This document shows positions 1 through 11,706 of a stretch of DNA of 16,764 nt, in pieces. This DNA is from a virus. Its lineage: Duplodnaviria > Heunggongvirae > Uroviricota > Caudoviricetes. The stretch lies in the IMG/VR virus record IMGVR_UViG_2684622772_000002. The stretch is one strand, 5' to 3'. Below the pieces are notes generated by a model. It did no database searches. It saw only the letters and a program-made list of their open reading frames with translations, and was not told the DNA's origin. The translations under genes were made by a program, and so were the position numbers. Each line of letters begins with the position of its first letter. The first letter of the stretch is position 1.

Positions 1-2
1 GG

Positions 3-212
3 TTATCGCTCGCCACGGGAATATCTGCGGCAGCGGGCTTGTAATGGGTTAAGTGATAACAGATGTCTGGAAATATAGGGGCAAATCCAATCGTCGCCGT
101 ATTCCCGTATTAACAGAGACCGTAGCCCGACGGGGAACTCCTTCTGCGCGAGTGTGCGGGAATAATCAAAAACGATGCACACCGGGGTTACCGGGTACAC
201 ATATTTCATCAT
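3..212 (-). CDS. Hypothetical 69-aa protein, leftmost ORF of the leftward cassette upstream of cos
   Basis: Complete ORF with ATG at 212..210 and TAA stop at 5..3. The product has a mixed hydrophobic/aromatic composition, unlike the Arg-rich overlapping plus-strand ORF 53..256. No clear Shine-Dalgarno and no recognised motif. Confidence 0.3.
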   Translation of the reverse strand: MMKYVYPVTPVCIVFDYSRTLAQKEFPVGLRSLLIREYGDDWICPYISRHLLSLNPLQARCRRYSRGER

Positions 213-257
213 GCCAGCGAGTCCGGTTCTGGCACGGAAGAAACCGGACGTTATGAT

Positions 258-683
258 TTAGTGCGGAAATATTTGTGTAGTGTTCTGTATGTTCTCAGTA
301 AAGAGTAATGAATTATCAAAGGTATAGTAATACCTTTTGTTTTCGTGGATATTTGTAATCCATCTGAAAACCCCTGCTGTAGCAAGATTTTTCCTGTATT
401 CGTAAAATGATAACTCTCCTGATTTGAATCCTTTTAAGGTGGCTTCTATAAGGCATTTATTTTTTGAAAATCTTACATTTACAACCTTACCCTGTCCTTT
501 TATTAAAACCGTATTATCGTTTTCAAGAACAAGATGAATATTCTCTGTGGCTAAATAGTAAATGTAATGTGAGACATTGTGACGTTTTAGTTCAGAATAA
601 AACCAGTGATAGTTTAAATTATTTCGCACTTTATCGAATATTTGTTTAAAAATGGCAACCTGAGCCATTGTAGTACCTTCCAT
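258..683 (-). CDS. Hypothetical protein (141 aa, or 136 aa from the ATG at 668), AT-rich moron gene of unknown function
   Basis: Uninterrupted ORF in a segment that is conspicuously AT-rich by eye compared with the flanking phage DNA. It is antisense to the late operon. An AAGG Shine-Dalgarno-like element precedes the internal ATG at 668. The product is rich in Tyr/Asn/Lys, with no signal peptide and no motif I recognise. Confidence 0.55.
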   Translation of the reverse strand: MEGTTMAQVAIFKQIFDKVRNNLNYHWFYSELKRHNVSHYIYYLATENIHLVLENDNTVLIKGQGKVVNVRFSKNKCLIEATLKGFKSGELSFYEYRKNLATAGVFRWITNIHENKRYYYTFDNSLLFTENIQNTTQIFPH

Positions 684-725
684 GTGATATGAGGGGGCGT
701 AGTCTGCACGATTATCTAAATTGCT

Positions 726-959
726 TCAATCTGGTCTAACCTGTTTTCTGAGCAATTCAGTAATGTCACTCTTTTCTTTGTTTGCTTCAGGCGAAACTCT
801 TTTTTCTGAGCACAGTCTCCGGCGGCAGGCTTCAATGACCCAGGCTGAGAAATTCCCGGACCCTTTTTGAACAAGAGCGATGTTAATTTGTTCAATCATT
901 TGGTTAGGAAAGCGGATGTTGCGGGTTGTTGTTCTGCGGGTTCTGTTCTTCGTTGACAT
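726..959 (-). CDS. Small ribbon-helix-helix-like protein (77 aa), resembling the YlcI/YnfO (DUF3950) proteins found next to terminase genes in E. coli lambdoid prophages
   Basis: ORF with ATG at 959..957. The Arg/Thr-rich basic N-terminus (MSTKNRTRRTTTRNIRFPNQ) followed by a predicted helix (MIEQINIALVQKGSGNFSAWVIEACRRRL) fits a beta-strand-helix-helix DNA-binding fold. The family assignment is from memory, not a search. Confidence 0.55.
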   Translation of the reverse strand: MSTKNRTRRTTTRNIRFPNQMIEQINIALVQKGSGNFSAWVIEACRRRLCSEKRVSPEANKEKSDITELLRKQVRPD

Positions 960-999
960 GAGGTTGCCCTGTATTCAGTGTCGCTGATTTGTATTGTCT

Positions 1000-1347
1000 G
1001 AAGTTGTTTTTACGTTAAGTTGATGCAGATCAATTAATACGATACCTGCGTCATAATTGATTATTTGACGTGGTTTGATGGCGTAGATGCACGTTGTGAC
1101 ATGTAGATGATAATTATTATCATTTTGCGGGTCCTTTCCGGCGATCCGACAGGTTACGGGGCGGAAGGCGCGCGGGTTTTCGCTATTTATGACAATTTTC
1201 CGGTTTAAGGCGTTTCCGTTCTTCTTCGCCGTAACCTAATGTTTTTATTTAAAACACCCCCTGAAAAGAAAGGAAACGACAGGTGCTGAAAACGGGCTTT
1301 TTGGCCTCTGTCGTTTCCTTTCTCTGTTTTTGTCCGTGGAATGAACA
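1000..1347 (+). promoter_or_regulatory. cos: cos region (cosQ-cosN-cosB), the DNA packaging and terminase recognition site
   Basis: Sequence 1000..1158 closely matches what I recall of the lambda right end (...GATCCGACAGGTTACG), and 1171..1347 matches the lambda left end (CGCGGGTTTTCGCTATTTATGA...), directly upstream of nu1. Exact boundaries of cosQ and the R/I1 elements are not resolved. Confidence 0.85.
1159..1170 (+). other. cosN: cosN 12-nt cohesive-end core, here GGGCGGAAGGCG
   Basis: Positioned between the conserved ...AGGTTACG and CGCGGGTTTTCGC... flanks. Lambda has GGGCGGCGACCT here; the window differs in the last 6 nt (see findings). Confidence 0.6.
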
Positions 1348-1867
1348 ATGGAAGTCAACAAAAAGCAGCTGGCTGACATTTTCGGTGCGAGTATCCGTAC
1401 CATTCAGAACTGGCAGGAACAGGGAATGCCCGTTCTGCGAGGCGGTGGCAAGGGTAATGAGGTGCTTTATGACTCTGCCGCCGTTATAAGATGGTATGCC
1501 GAAAGGGATGCTGAAATTGAGAACGAAAAGCTGCGCCGGGAAGTTGAAGAACTGCGGCAGGCCAGCGAGACAGATCTCCAGCCAGGGACTATTGAGTACG
1601 AACGCCATCGACTTACGCGTGCGCAGGCCGACGCACAGGAGCTGAAAAATGCCAGAGACTCCGCTGAAGTGGTGGAAACCGCATTCTGTACTTTCGTGCT
1701 GTCGCGGATCGCAGGTGAAATTGCCAGTATTCTCGACGGGATCCCCCTGTCGGTGCAGCGGCGTTTTCCGGAACTGGAAAACCGACATGTTGATTTCCTG
1801 AAACGGGATATCATCAAAGCCATGAACAAAGCAGCCGCGCTGGATGAACTGATACCGGGGTTGCTGA

Positions 1868-1893
<26 letters not shown>
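1348..1893 (+). CDS. nu1: Terminase small subunit (181 aa)
   Basis: Near-identical to lambda Nu1 (MEVNKKQLADIFGASIRTIQNWQEQGMPVLRGGGKGNEVLYDS...), same length, and its 3' end overlaps A as in lambda. Confidence 0.96.
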
Positions 1894-5574
<3,681 letters not shown>

Positions 5575-5594
<20 letters not shown>

Positions 5595-6894
5595 TCTCCC
5601 GCATATTGCCAGCATGGCTTTTAATGAGCCGCTGATGCTTGAACCCGCCTATGCGCGGGTTTTCTTTTGTGCGCTTGCAGGCCAGCTTGGGATCAGCTGC
5701 CTGACGGATGCAGTATCCGGCGACAGCCTGACTGCCGGAGAGGCACCCGCGGCGCTGGCGTTATCCGGTGATGATGACGGACCACGACAGGCCCGCAGTT
5801 ATCAGGTAATGAACGGCATCGCCGTGCTGCCGGTGTCCGGCACGCTGGTCAGCCGGACGCGGGCGCTGCAGCCGTACTCGGGGATGACCGGTTACAACGG
5901 CATTATCGCCCGTCTGCAACAGGCTGCCAGCGACCCGATGGTGGACGGCATTCTGCTCGATATGGACACACCGGGCGGAATGGTGGCGGGAGCATTTGAC
6001 TGCGCTGACATCATCGCCCGTGTGCGTGACATAAAGCCGGTATGGGCGCTGGCCAATGACATGAACTGCAGCGCAGGTCAGCTGCTTGCCAGTGCCGCCT
6101 CCCGGCGTCTGGTCACGCAGACCGCCCGGACAGGCTCCATCGGCGTCATGATGGCTCACAGTAATTACGGCGCTGCACTGGAGAAACAGGGCGTGGAAAT
6201 CACGCTGATTTACAGCGGCAGCCATAAGGTGGATGGCAACCCCTACAGCCATCTACCGGATGATGTCCGGGAAACATTGCAGTCCCGGATGGATGCAACC
6301 CGCCGGATGTTTGCACAGAAGGTGTCGGCATATACCGGCCTGTCCGTGCAGGCTGTGCTGGATACCGAGGCTGCAGTGTACAGCGGTCAGGAGGCCATTG
6401 ATGCCGGACTGGCTGATGAACTTGTTAACAGTACCGATGCGATCACCGTCATGCGTGATGCACTGGATGCACGTAAATCCCGTCTCTCAGGAGGGCGAAT
6501 GACCAAAGAGACTCAATCAACAACTGTTTCAGCCACTGCTTCGCAGGCTGACGTTACTGGCGTGGTGCAAGCGACGGAGGGCGAGAACGCCAGCGCGGCG
6601 CAGCCGGACGTGAACGCGCAGATCACCGCAGCGGTTGCGGCAGAAAACAGTCGCATTATGGGGATCCTCAACTGTGAGGAGGCTCACGGACGCGAAGAAC
6701 AGGCACGCGTGCTGGCCGAAACCCCCGGTATGACCGTGGAAACGGCCCGCCGTATTCTGGCCGCAGCACCACAGAGTGCACAGACGCGCAGTGACACTGC
6801 GCTGGATCGTCTGATGCAGGGGGCACCGGCACCGCTGGCTGCAGGTAACCCGGCATCTGATGCCGTTAACGATTTGCTGAACACACCAGTGTAA
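5575..6894 (+). CDS. C: Head maturation protease / scaffold fusion (439 aa) with GTG start
   Basis: From the GTG at 5575 the product (TAELRNLPHIASMAFNEPLMLEPAYARVFFCALAGQLGIS...) matches lambda gpC at 439 aa. A strong Shine-Dalgarno (AGGAGGAG at 5562..5569) sits just upstream. The track ORF from 5440 is an in-frame upstream extension. Confidence 0.92.
6289..6894 (+). CDS. nu3: Scaffolding protein, nested in-frame in the 3' part of C
   Basis: Internal ATG at 6289 in the C frame gives MDATRRMFAQKVSAYTGLSVQAVLDTEA..., which is the lambda Nu3 arrangement (same stop as C). Confidence 0.85.
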   Translation: MDATRRMFAQKVSAYTGLSVQAVLDTEAAVYSGQEAIDAGLADELVNSTDAITVMRDALDARKSRLSGGRMTKETQSTTVSATASQADVTGVVQATEGENASAAQPDVNAQITAAVAAENSRIMGILNCEEAHGREEQARVLAETPGMTVETARRILAAAPQSAQTRSDTALDRLMQGAPAPLAAGNPASDAVNDLLNTPV

Positions 6895-6903
6895 GGGATG
6901 TTT

Positions 6904-7236
6904 ATGACGAGCAAAGAAACCTTTACCCATTACCAGCCGCTGGGCAATAGTGACCCGGCTCATACCGCAACCGCGCCCGGCGGATTGAGTGCGAAAGCGC
7001 CTGCAATGACCCCGCTGATGCTGGACACCTCCACCCGTAAGCTGGTTGCGTGGGATGGCACCACCGACGGTGCTGCCGTTGGCATTCTTGCGGTTGCTGC
7101 TGACCAGACCAGCACCACACTGACGTTCTACAAGTCCGGCACGTTCCGTTATGAGGATGTGCTCTGGCCGGAGGCTGCCAGCGACGAGACGAAAAAACGG
7201 ACCGTGTTTGCCGGAACGGCAATCAGCATCGTTTAA
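6904..7236 (+). CDS. D: Head decoration protein (110 aa)
   Basis: [27 protein letters not shown]... matches lambda gpD. The ATG at 6904 is 6 nt after an AGGGA Shine-Dalgarno; the track's ATG at 6898 adds two residues absent from lambda D. Confidence 0.95.
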   Translation: MTSKETFTHYQPLGNSDPAHTATAPGGLSAKAPAMTPLMLDTSTRKLVAWDGTTDGAAVGILAVAADQTSTTLTFYKSGTFRYEDVLWPEAASDETKKRTVFAGTAISIV

Positions 7237-7291
7237 CTTTACCCTTCATCACTAAAGGCCGCCTGTGTGGCTTTTTTTACGGGATTTTTTT

Positions 7292-8317
7292 ATGTCGATG
7301 TACACAACCGCCCAGCTGCTGGCGGCAAATGAGCAGAAATTTAAGTTTGATCCGCTGTTTCTGCGTCTCTTTTTCCGTGAGAGCTATCCCTTCACTACGG
7401 AGAAAGTCTATCTCTCACAAATTCCGGGACTGGTAAACATGGCGCTGTACGTTTCGCCGATTGTTTCCGGTGAGGTTATCCGTTCCCGTGGCGGCTCCAC
7501 CTCTGAATTTACGCCGGGATATGTCAAACCCAAGCATGAGGTGAATCCGCAGATGACCCTGCGTCGCCTGCCGGATGAAGATCCGCAGAATCTGGCGGAC
7601 CCGGCTTACCGCCGCCGTCGCATCATCATGCAGAACATGCGTGACGAAGAGCTGGCCATTGCTCAGGTCGAAGAGATGCAGGCAGTTTCTGCCGTGCTCA
7701 AGGGCAAATACACCATGACCGGTGAAGCCTTCGATCCGGTTGAGGTGGATATGGGCCGCAGTGCGGCGAACAACATCACACAGTCCGGCGTCACGGAGTG
7801 GAGCAAGCGTGACAAGTCCACGTATGACCCGACCGACGATATCGAAGCCTACGCGCTGAACGCCAGCGGTGTGGTGAATATCATCGTGTTTGACCCGAAA
7901 GGCTGGGCGCTGTTCCGTTCCTTCAAAGCCGTCAAGGAGAAGCTGGATACCCGTCGCGGCTCTCATTCCGAGCTGGAGACAGCGGTAAAAGACCTGGGCA
8001 AAGCGGTGTCCTATAAGGGAATGTATGGCGATGTGGCCATCGTCGTGTATTCCGGACAGTACGTGGAAAACGGCGTCAAAAAGAACTTCCTGCCGGACAA
8101 CACGATGGTGCTGGGGAACACTCAGGCTCGCGGTCTGCGCACCTATGGCTGCATTCAGGATGCGGACGCACAGCGCGAAGGCATTAACGCTTCTGCCCGT
8201 TACCCGAAAAACTGGGTGACCACCGGCGATCCGGCGCGTGAGTTCACCATGATTCAGTCAGCACCGCTGATGCTGCTGGCTGATCCTGATGAGTTCGTGT
8301 CCGTTCAACTGGCGTAA
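7292..8317 (+). CDS. E: Major capsid protein (341 aa)
   Basis: From the ATG at 7292, MSMYTTAQLLAANEQKFKFDPLFLRLFFRESYPFTTEKVYLSQIPGLVNMALYVSPIVSGEV... is near-identical to lambda gpE and the same length. The track start at 7265 is an upstream extension. Confidence 0.96.
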   Translation: MSMYTTAQLLAANEQKFKFDPLFLRLFFRESYPFTTEKVYLSQIPGLVNMALYVSPIVSGEVIRSRGGSTSEFTPGYVKPKHEVNPQMTLRRLPDEDPQNLADPAYRRRRIIMQNMRDEELAIAQVEEMQAVSAVLKGKYTMTGEAFDPVEVDMGRSAANNITQSGVTEWSKRDKSTYDPTDDIEAYALNASGVVNIIVFDPKGWALFRSFKAVKEKLDTRRGSHSELETAVKDLGKAVSYKGMYGDVAIVVYSGQYVENGVKKNFLPDNTMVLGNTQARGLRTYGCIQDADAQREGINASARYPKNWVTTGDPAREFTMIQSAPLMLLADPDEFVSVQLA

Positions 8318-8358
8318 TCATGGCCCTTCGGGGCCATTTTCTCTCTGTGGAGGAGTTC

Positions 8359-8757
8359 ATGACGAAAGATGAACTGATTGCCCGTCTTCAGGAGCTGGGT
8401 GAGCAATTGAACCGCGATGTCAGTTTGACGGGAACGAAAGAAGAACTGGCGCTTCGTGTGGCAGAGCTGGAAGAAGAGCTTGATGACACGGATGAAACTG
8501 CCGGTCAGGACACCCCTCTCAGCCGGGAAAATGTGCTGACCGGGCATGAAAATGAGGTGGTATCAGCGCAGCCGGATACCGTGATTCAGGATACGGCTGA
8601 ACTGGTCACGGTCGTGGCACTGGTGACGCTGCATACTGATGCACTTCACGCCACGCGGGATAAACCTGTGGCATTTGTGCTGCCGGGAACGGCGTTTCGT
8701 GTCTCTGCCGGTGTGGCAGCCGAAATGACAGAGCGCGGCCTGGCCAGAATGCAATAA
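8359..8757 (+). CDS. FI: Head assembly / DNA-packaging accessory protein (132 aa)
   Basis: From the ATG at 8359, MTKDELIARLQELGEQLNRDVSLTGTKEELALRVAELEEELDDTDETAGQDTPLSRENVL... matches lambda gpFI in length and sequence. The track start at 8320 is an extension. Confidence 0.93.
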   Translation: MTKDELIARLQELGEQLNRDVSLTGTKEELALRVAELEEELDDTDETAGQDTPLSRENVLTGHENEVVSAQPDTVIQDTAELVTVVALVTLHTDALHATRDKPVAFVLPGTAFRVSAGVAAEMTERGLARMQ

Positions 8758-8768
8758 CGGGAGGCGCT

Positions 8769-9122
8769 GTGGCTGATTTCGATAACCTGTTCGATGCTGC
8801 CATTGCCCGCGCCGATGAAACGATACGCGGGTACATGGGAACGTCAGCCACCATGACATCCGGTGAGCAGTCAGGTGCGGTGATACGTGGTGTTTTTGAT
8901 GACCCTGAAAATATCAGCTATGCCGGACAGGGCGTGCGCGTTGAAGGCTCCAGCCCGTCCCTGTTTGTCCGGACTGATGAGGTGCGGCAGCTGCGGCGTG
9001 GAGACACGCTGACCATCGGTGAGGAAAATTTCTGGGTAGATCGGGTTTCGCCGGATGATGGCGGAAGTTGTCATCTCTGGCTTGGACGGGGCGTACCGCC
9101 TGCCGTTAACCGTCGCCGCTGA
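8769..9122 (+). CDS. FII: Head-tail connector / head completion protein (117 aa)
   Basis: Same length and sequence pattern as lambda gpFII (MADFDNLFDAAIARADETIRGYMGTSAT...). Confidence 0.94.
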   Translation: MADFDNLFDAAIARADETIRGYMGTSATMTSGEQSGAVIRGVFDDPENISYAGQGVRVEGSSPSLFVRTDEVRQLRRGDTLTIGEENFWVDRVSPDDGGSCHLWLGRGVPPAVNRRR

Positions 9123-9133
9123 AAGGGGGATGT

Positions 9134-9712
9134 ATGGCCATAAAAGGTCTTGAGCAGGCCGTTGAAAACCTCAGCCGTATCAGCAAAACGGCGGTGCCCG
9201 GTGCCGCCGCAATGGCCATTAACCGCGTTGCTTCATCCGCGATATCGCAGTCTGCGTCACAGGTTGCCCGTGAGACAAAGGTACGCCGGAAACTGGTAAA
9301 GGAAAGGGCCAGGCTGAAAAGGGCCACGGTCAAAAATCCGCAGGCCAGAATCAAAGTTAACCGGGGGGATTTGCCCGTAATCAAGCTGGGTAATGCGCGG
9401 GTTGTCCTGTCCCGCCGCAGGCGTCATAAAAAGGGGCAGCGTTCATCCCTGAAAGGTGGCGGCAGCGTGCTTGTGGTGGGTAACCGTCGTATTCCCGGCG
9501 CGTTTATTCAGCAACTGAAAAACGGCCGGTGGCATGTTATGCAGCGTGTGGCCGGGAAAAACCGTTACCCCATTGATGTGGTGAAAATCCCGATGGCGGT
9601 GCCGCTGACCACGGCGTTTAAACAGAATATTGAACGGATACGGCGTGAACGTCTTCCGAAAGAGCTGGGCTATGCGCTGCAGCATCAACTGAGAATGGTA
9701 ATAAAGCGATGA
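9134..9712 (+). CDS. Z: Tail completion protein (192 aa)
   Basis: Same length and position as lambda gpZ (MAIKGLEQAVENLSRISKTAVPGAAAMAINRVASSAISQ...). Overlaps the U start by 4 nt. Confidence 0.94.
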   Translation: MAIKGLEQAVENLSRISKTAVPGAAAMAINRVASSAISQSASQVARETKVRRKLVKERARLKRATVKNPQARIKVNRGDLPVIKLGNARVVLSRRRRHKKGQRSSLKGGGSVLVVGNRRIPGAFIQQLKNGRWHVMQRVAGKNRYPIDVVKIPMAVPLTTAFKQNIERIRRERLPKELGYALQHQLRMVIKR

Positions 9713-10104
9713 AACATACTGAACTCCGTGCAGCCGTACTGGATGCACTGGAGAAGCATGACACCGGGGCGACGCTTTTTGATGGTCGCCCCGCTGTTTT
9801 TGATGAGGAAGATTTTCCGGCAATTGCCGTTTATCTCACCGGCGCTGAATACACGGGCGAAGAGCTGGACAGCGATACCTGGCAGGCGGAGCTGCATATT
9901 GAAGTTTTCCTGCCTGCTCAGGTGCCGGATTCAGAGCTGGATTCGTGGATGGAGTCCCGGATTTATCCTGTGATGAGCGATATCCCGGCACTGTCAGATT
10001 TGATCACCAGTATGGTGGCCAGCGGCTATGACTACCGGCGCGACGATGATGCGGGCCTGTGGAGTTCAGCCGATCTGACTTATGTCATTATCTATGAAAT
10101 GTGA
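9709..10104 (+). CDS. U: Tail terminator protein (131 aa)
   Basis: Same length and position as lambda gpU ([52 protein letters not shown]...). Confidence 0.94.
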   Translation: MKHTELRAAVLDALEKHDTGATLFDGRPAVFDEEDFPAIAVYLTGAEYTGEELDSDTWQAELHIEVFLPAQVPDSELDSWMESRIYPVMSDIPALSDLITSMVASGYDYRRDDDAGLWSSADLTYVIIYEM

Positions 10105-10111
10105 GGACGCT

Positions 10112-10852
10112 ATGCCTGTACCAAATCCTACAATGCCGGTGAAAGGTGCCGGGACCACCCTGTGGGTTTATAAGGGGAGCGGTGACCCTTATGCGAACCC
10201 GCTTTCAGACGTTGACTGGTCGCGTCTGGCAAAAGTTAAAGACCTGACGCCCGGCGAACTGACCGCTGAGTCCTATGACGACAGCTATCTCGATGATGAA
10301 GATGCAGACTGGACTGCGACCGGGCAGGGGCAGAAATCTGCCGGAGATACCAGCTTCACGCTGGCGTGGATGCCCGGAGAGCAGGGGCAGCAGGCGCTGC
10401 TGGCGTGGTTTAATGAAGGTGATACCCGTGCCTATAAAATCCGCTTCCCGAACGGCACGGTCGATGTGTTCCGTGGCTGGGTCAGCAGTATCGGTAAGGC
10501 GGTGACGGCGAAGGAGGTGATTACCCGCACGGTGAAGGTCACCAATGTGGGACGTCCGTCGATGGCAGAAGATCGCAGCACGGTGACGGCGACGACCGGC
10601 ATGACGGTGACACCCGCCAGTGCTTCCGTAGTGAAAGGGCAGAGCACCACGCTGACCGTGGCATTCCAGCCGGATGGCGCAACCGACAAGAGCTTCCGTG
10701 CGGTGTCTGCGGATAAAACAAAAGCCACCGTGTCGGTCAGTGGTATGACCATCACCGTGAAAGGTGTTGCTGCAGGCAAGGTCAACATTCCGGTCGTATC
10801 TGGTAATGGTGAGTTTGCTGCGGTTGCAGAAATCAACGTCACCGCCAGTTAA
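10112..10852 (+). CDS. V: Major tail tube protein (246 aa)
   Basis: From the ATG at 10112, [57 protein letters not shown]... matches lambda gpV at 246 aa. The track start at 10082 is an extension. Confidence 0.95.
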   Translation: MPVPNPTMPVKGAGTTLWVYKGSGDPYANPLSDVDWSRLAKVKDLTPGELTAESYDDSYLDDEDADWTATGQGQKSAGDTSFTLAWMPGEQGQQALLAWFNEGDTRAYKIRFPNGTVDVFRGWVSSIGKAVTAKEVITRTVKVTNVGRPSMAEDRSTVTATTGMTVTPASASVVKGQSTTLTVAFQPDGATDKSFRAVSADKTKATVSVSGMTITVKGVAAGKVNIPVVSGNGEFAAVAEINVTAS

Positions 10853-10867
10853 TCCGGAGAGTCAGCG

Positions 10868-11290
10868 ATGTTCCTGAAAACCGAATCATTTGAACATAAC
10901 GGTGTGACCGTCACGCTTTCTGAACTGTCAGCCCTGCAGCGTATTGAGCATCTCGACCTGATGAAACGGCAGGCAGAACAGGCGGAGTCAGACAGCAACC
11001 GGAAGTTTACTGTGGAAGACGCCATCAGAACCGGCGCTTTTGTGGTTGCGATGTCCCTGTGGCATAACCATCCGAAGAAGACGCAGATGCCGTCCATGAA
11101 TGAAGCCGTTAAACAGATTGAGCAGGAAGTGCTTACCACCTGGCCCACAGAGGCAATTTCTCATGCTGAAAACGTGGTGTACCGGCTGTCCGGTATGTAT
11201 GAGTTTGTGGTGAATGATGCTCCTGAACAGGCAGAGGACGCCGGGCCTGCAGAGCCTGTTTCTGCGGGAAAGTGTTCGACGGTGAGCTGA
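10868..11290 (+). CDS. G: Tail assembly chaperone G (140 aa)
   Basis: Same length and sequence as lambda gpG (MFLKTESFEHNGVTVTLSELSALQRIEHLDLMKRQAEQAESDSNRKF...), ending ...SAGKCSTVS. Confidence 0.94.
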   Translation: MFLKTESFEHNGVTVTLSELSALQRIEHLDLMKRQAEQAESDSNRKFTVEDAIRTGAFVVAMSLWHNHPKKTQMPSMNEAVKQIEQEVLTTWPTEAISHAENVVYRLSGMYEFVVNDAPEQAEDAGPAEPVSAGKCSTVS

Positions 11291-11706
11291 GTTTTGCCCT
11301 GAAACTGGCGCGTGAGATGGGGCGACCCGACTGGCGCGCCATGCTTGCCGGGATGTCATCCACGGAGTATGCCGACTGGCACCGCTTTTACAGTACCCAT
11401 TATTTTCATGATGTTCTGCTGGATATGCACTTTTCCGGGCTGACGTACACCGTGCTCAGCCTGTTTTTCAGCGATCCGGAGATGCATCCGCTGGATTTCA
11501 GTCTGCTGAACCGGCGCGAGGCTGACGAAGAGCCTGAAGATGATGTGCTGATGCAGAAAGCGGCAGGGCTTGCCGGAGGTGTCCGCTTTGGCCCGGACGG
11601 GAATGAAGTTATCCCCGCTTCCCCGGATGTGGCGGACATGACGGAGGATGACGTAATGCTGATGACAGTATCAGAAGGGATCGCAGGAGGAGTCCGGTAT
11701 GGCTGA
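10868..11706 (+). CDS. G-T: Tail assembly chaperone G-T fusion made by programmed -1 ribosomal frameshift
   Basis: The G GGA AAG slippery heptamer at 11266..11272 sits near the end of G. The -1 frame from 11266 reads GKVFDGELSFALKLAREMGRPDWRAMLAGMSSTEYADWHRF..., matching lambda gpT, which has no start codon of its own, and runs to the stop at 11706. Confidence 0.9.
11266..11272 (+). promoter_or_regulatory. Slippery heptanucleotide GGGAAAG for the G-T -1 frameshift
   Basis: An X XXY YYZ heptamer in the G frame (gcG GGA AAG) exactly where the T reading frame opens. Confidence 0.88.

Noticed and set aside
221-249. Inverted repeat GTCCGGT...ACCGGAC (7-bp stem, 15-nt loop) between the 141-aa and 69-aa ORFs
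   Set aside because: The loop is long and there is no convincing U-tract on either strand, so it is not a credible intrinsic terminator. It could still be a protein-binding site.
53-256. 67-aa plus-strand ORF
   Set aside because: Arg-rich junk-like product that overlaps the more protein-like minus-strand ORF 3..212. No ribosome-binding site.
464-649. 61-aa plus-strand ORF inside the AT-rich segment
   Set aside because: Antisense to the 141-aa ORF. Stop-poor short frames are expected by chance, though less so in AT-rich DNA, so this is a judgement call.
7237-7291. GC-rich segment followed by a T7 run (GGCCGCCTGTGTGGCTTTTTTT) between D and E
   Set aside because: Only about 3 bp can pair, and D and E are both needed in high, similar amounts. 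It is more likely a ribosome-binding-site spacer than a terminator.
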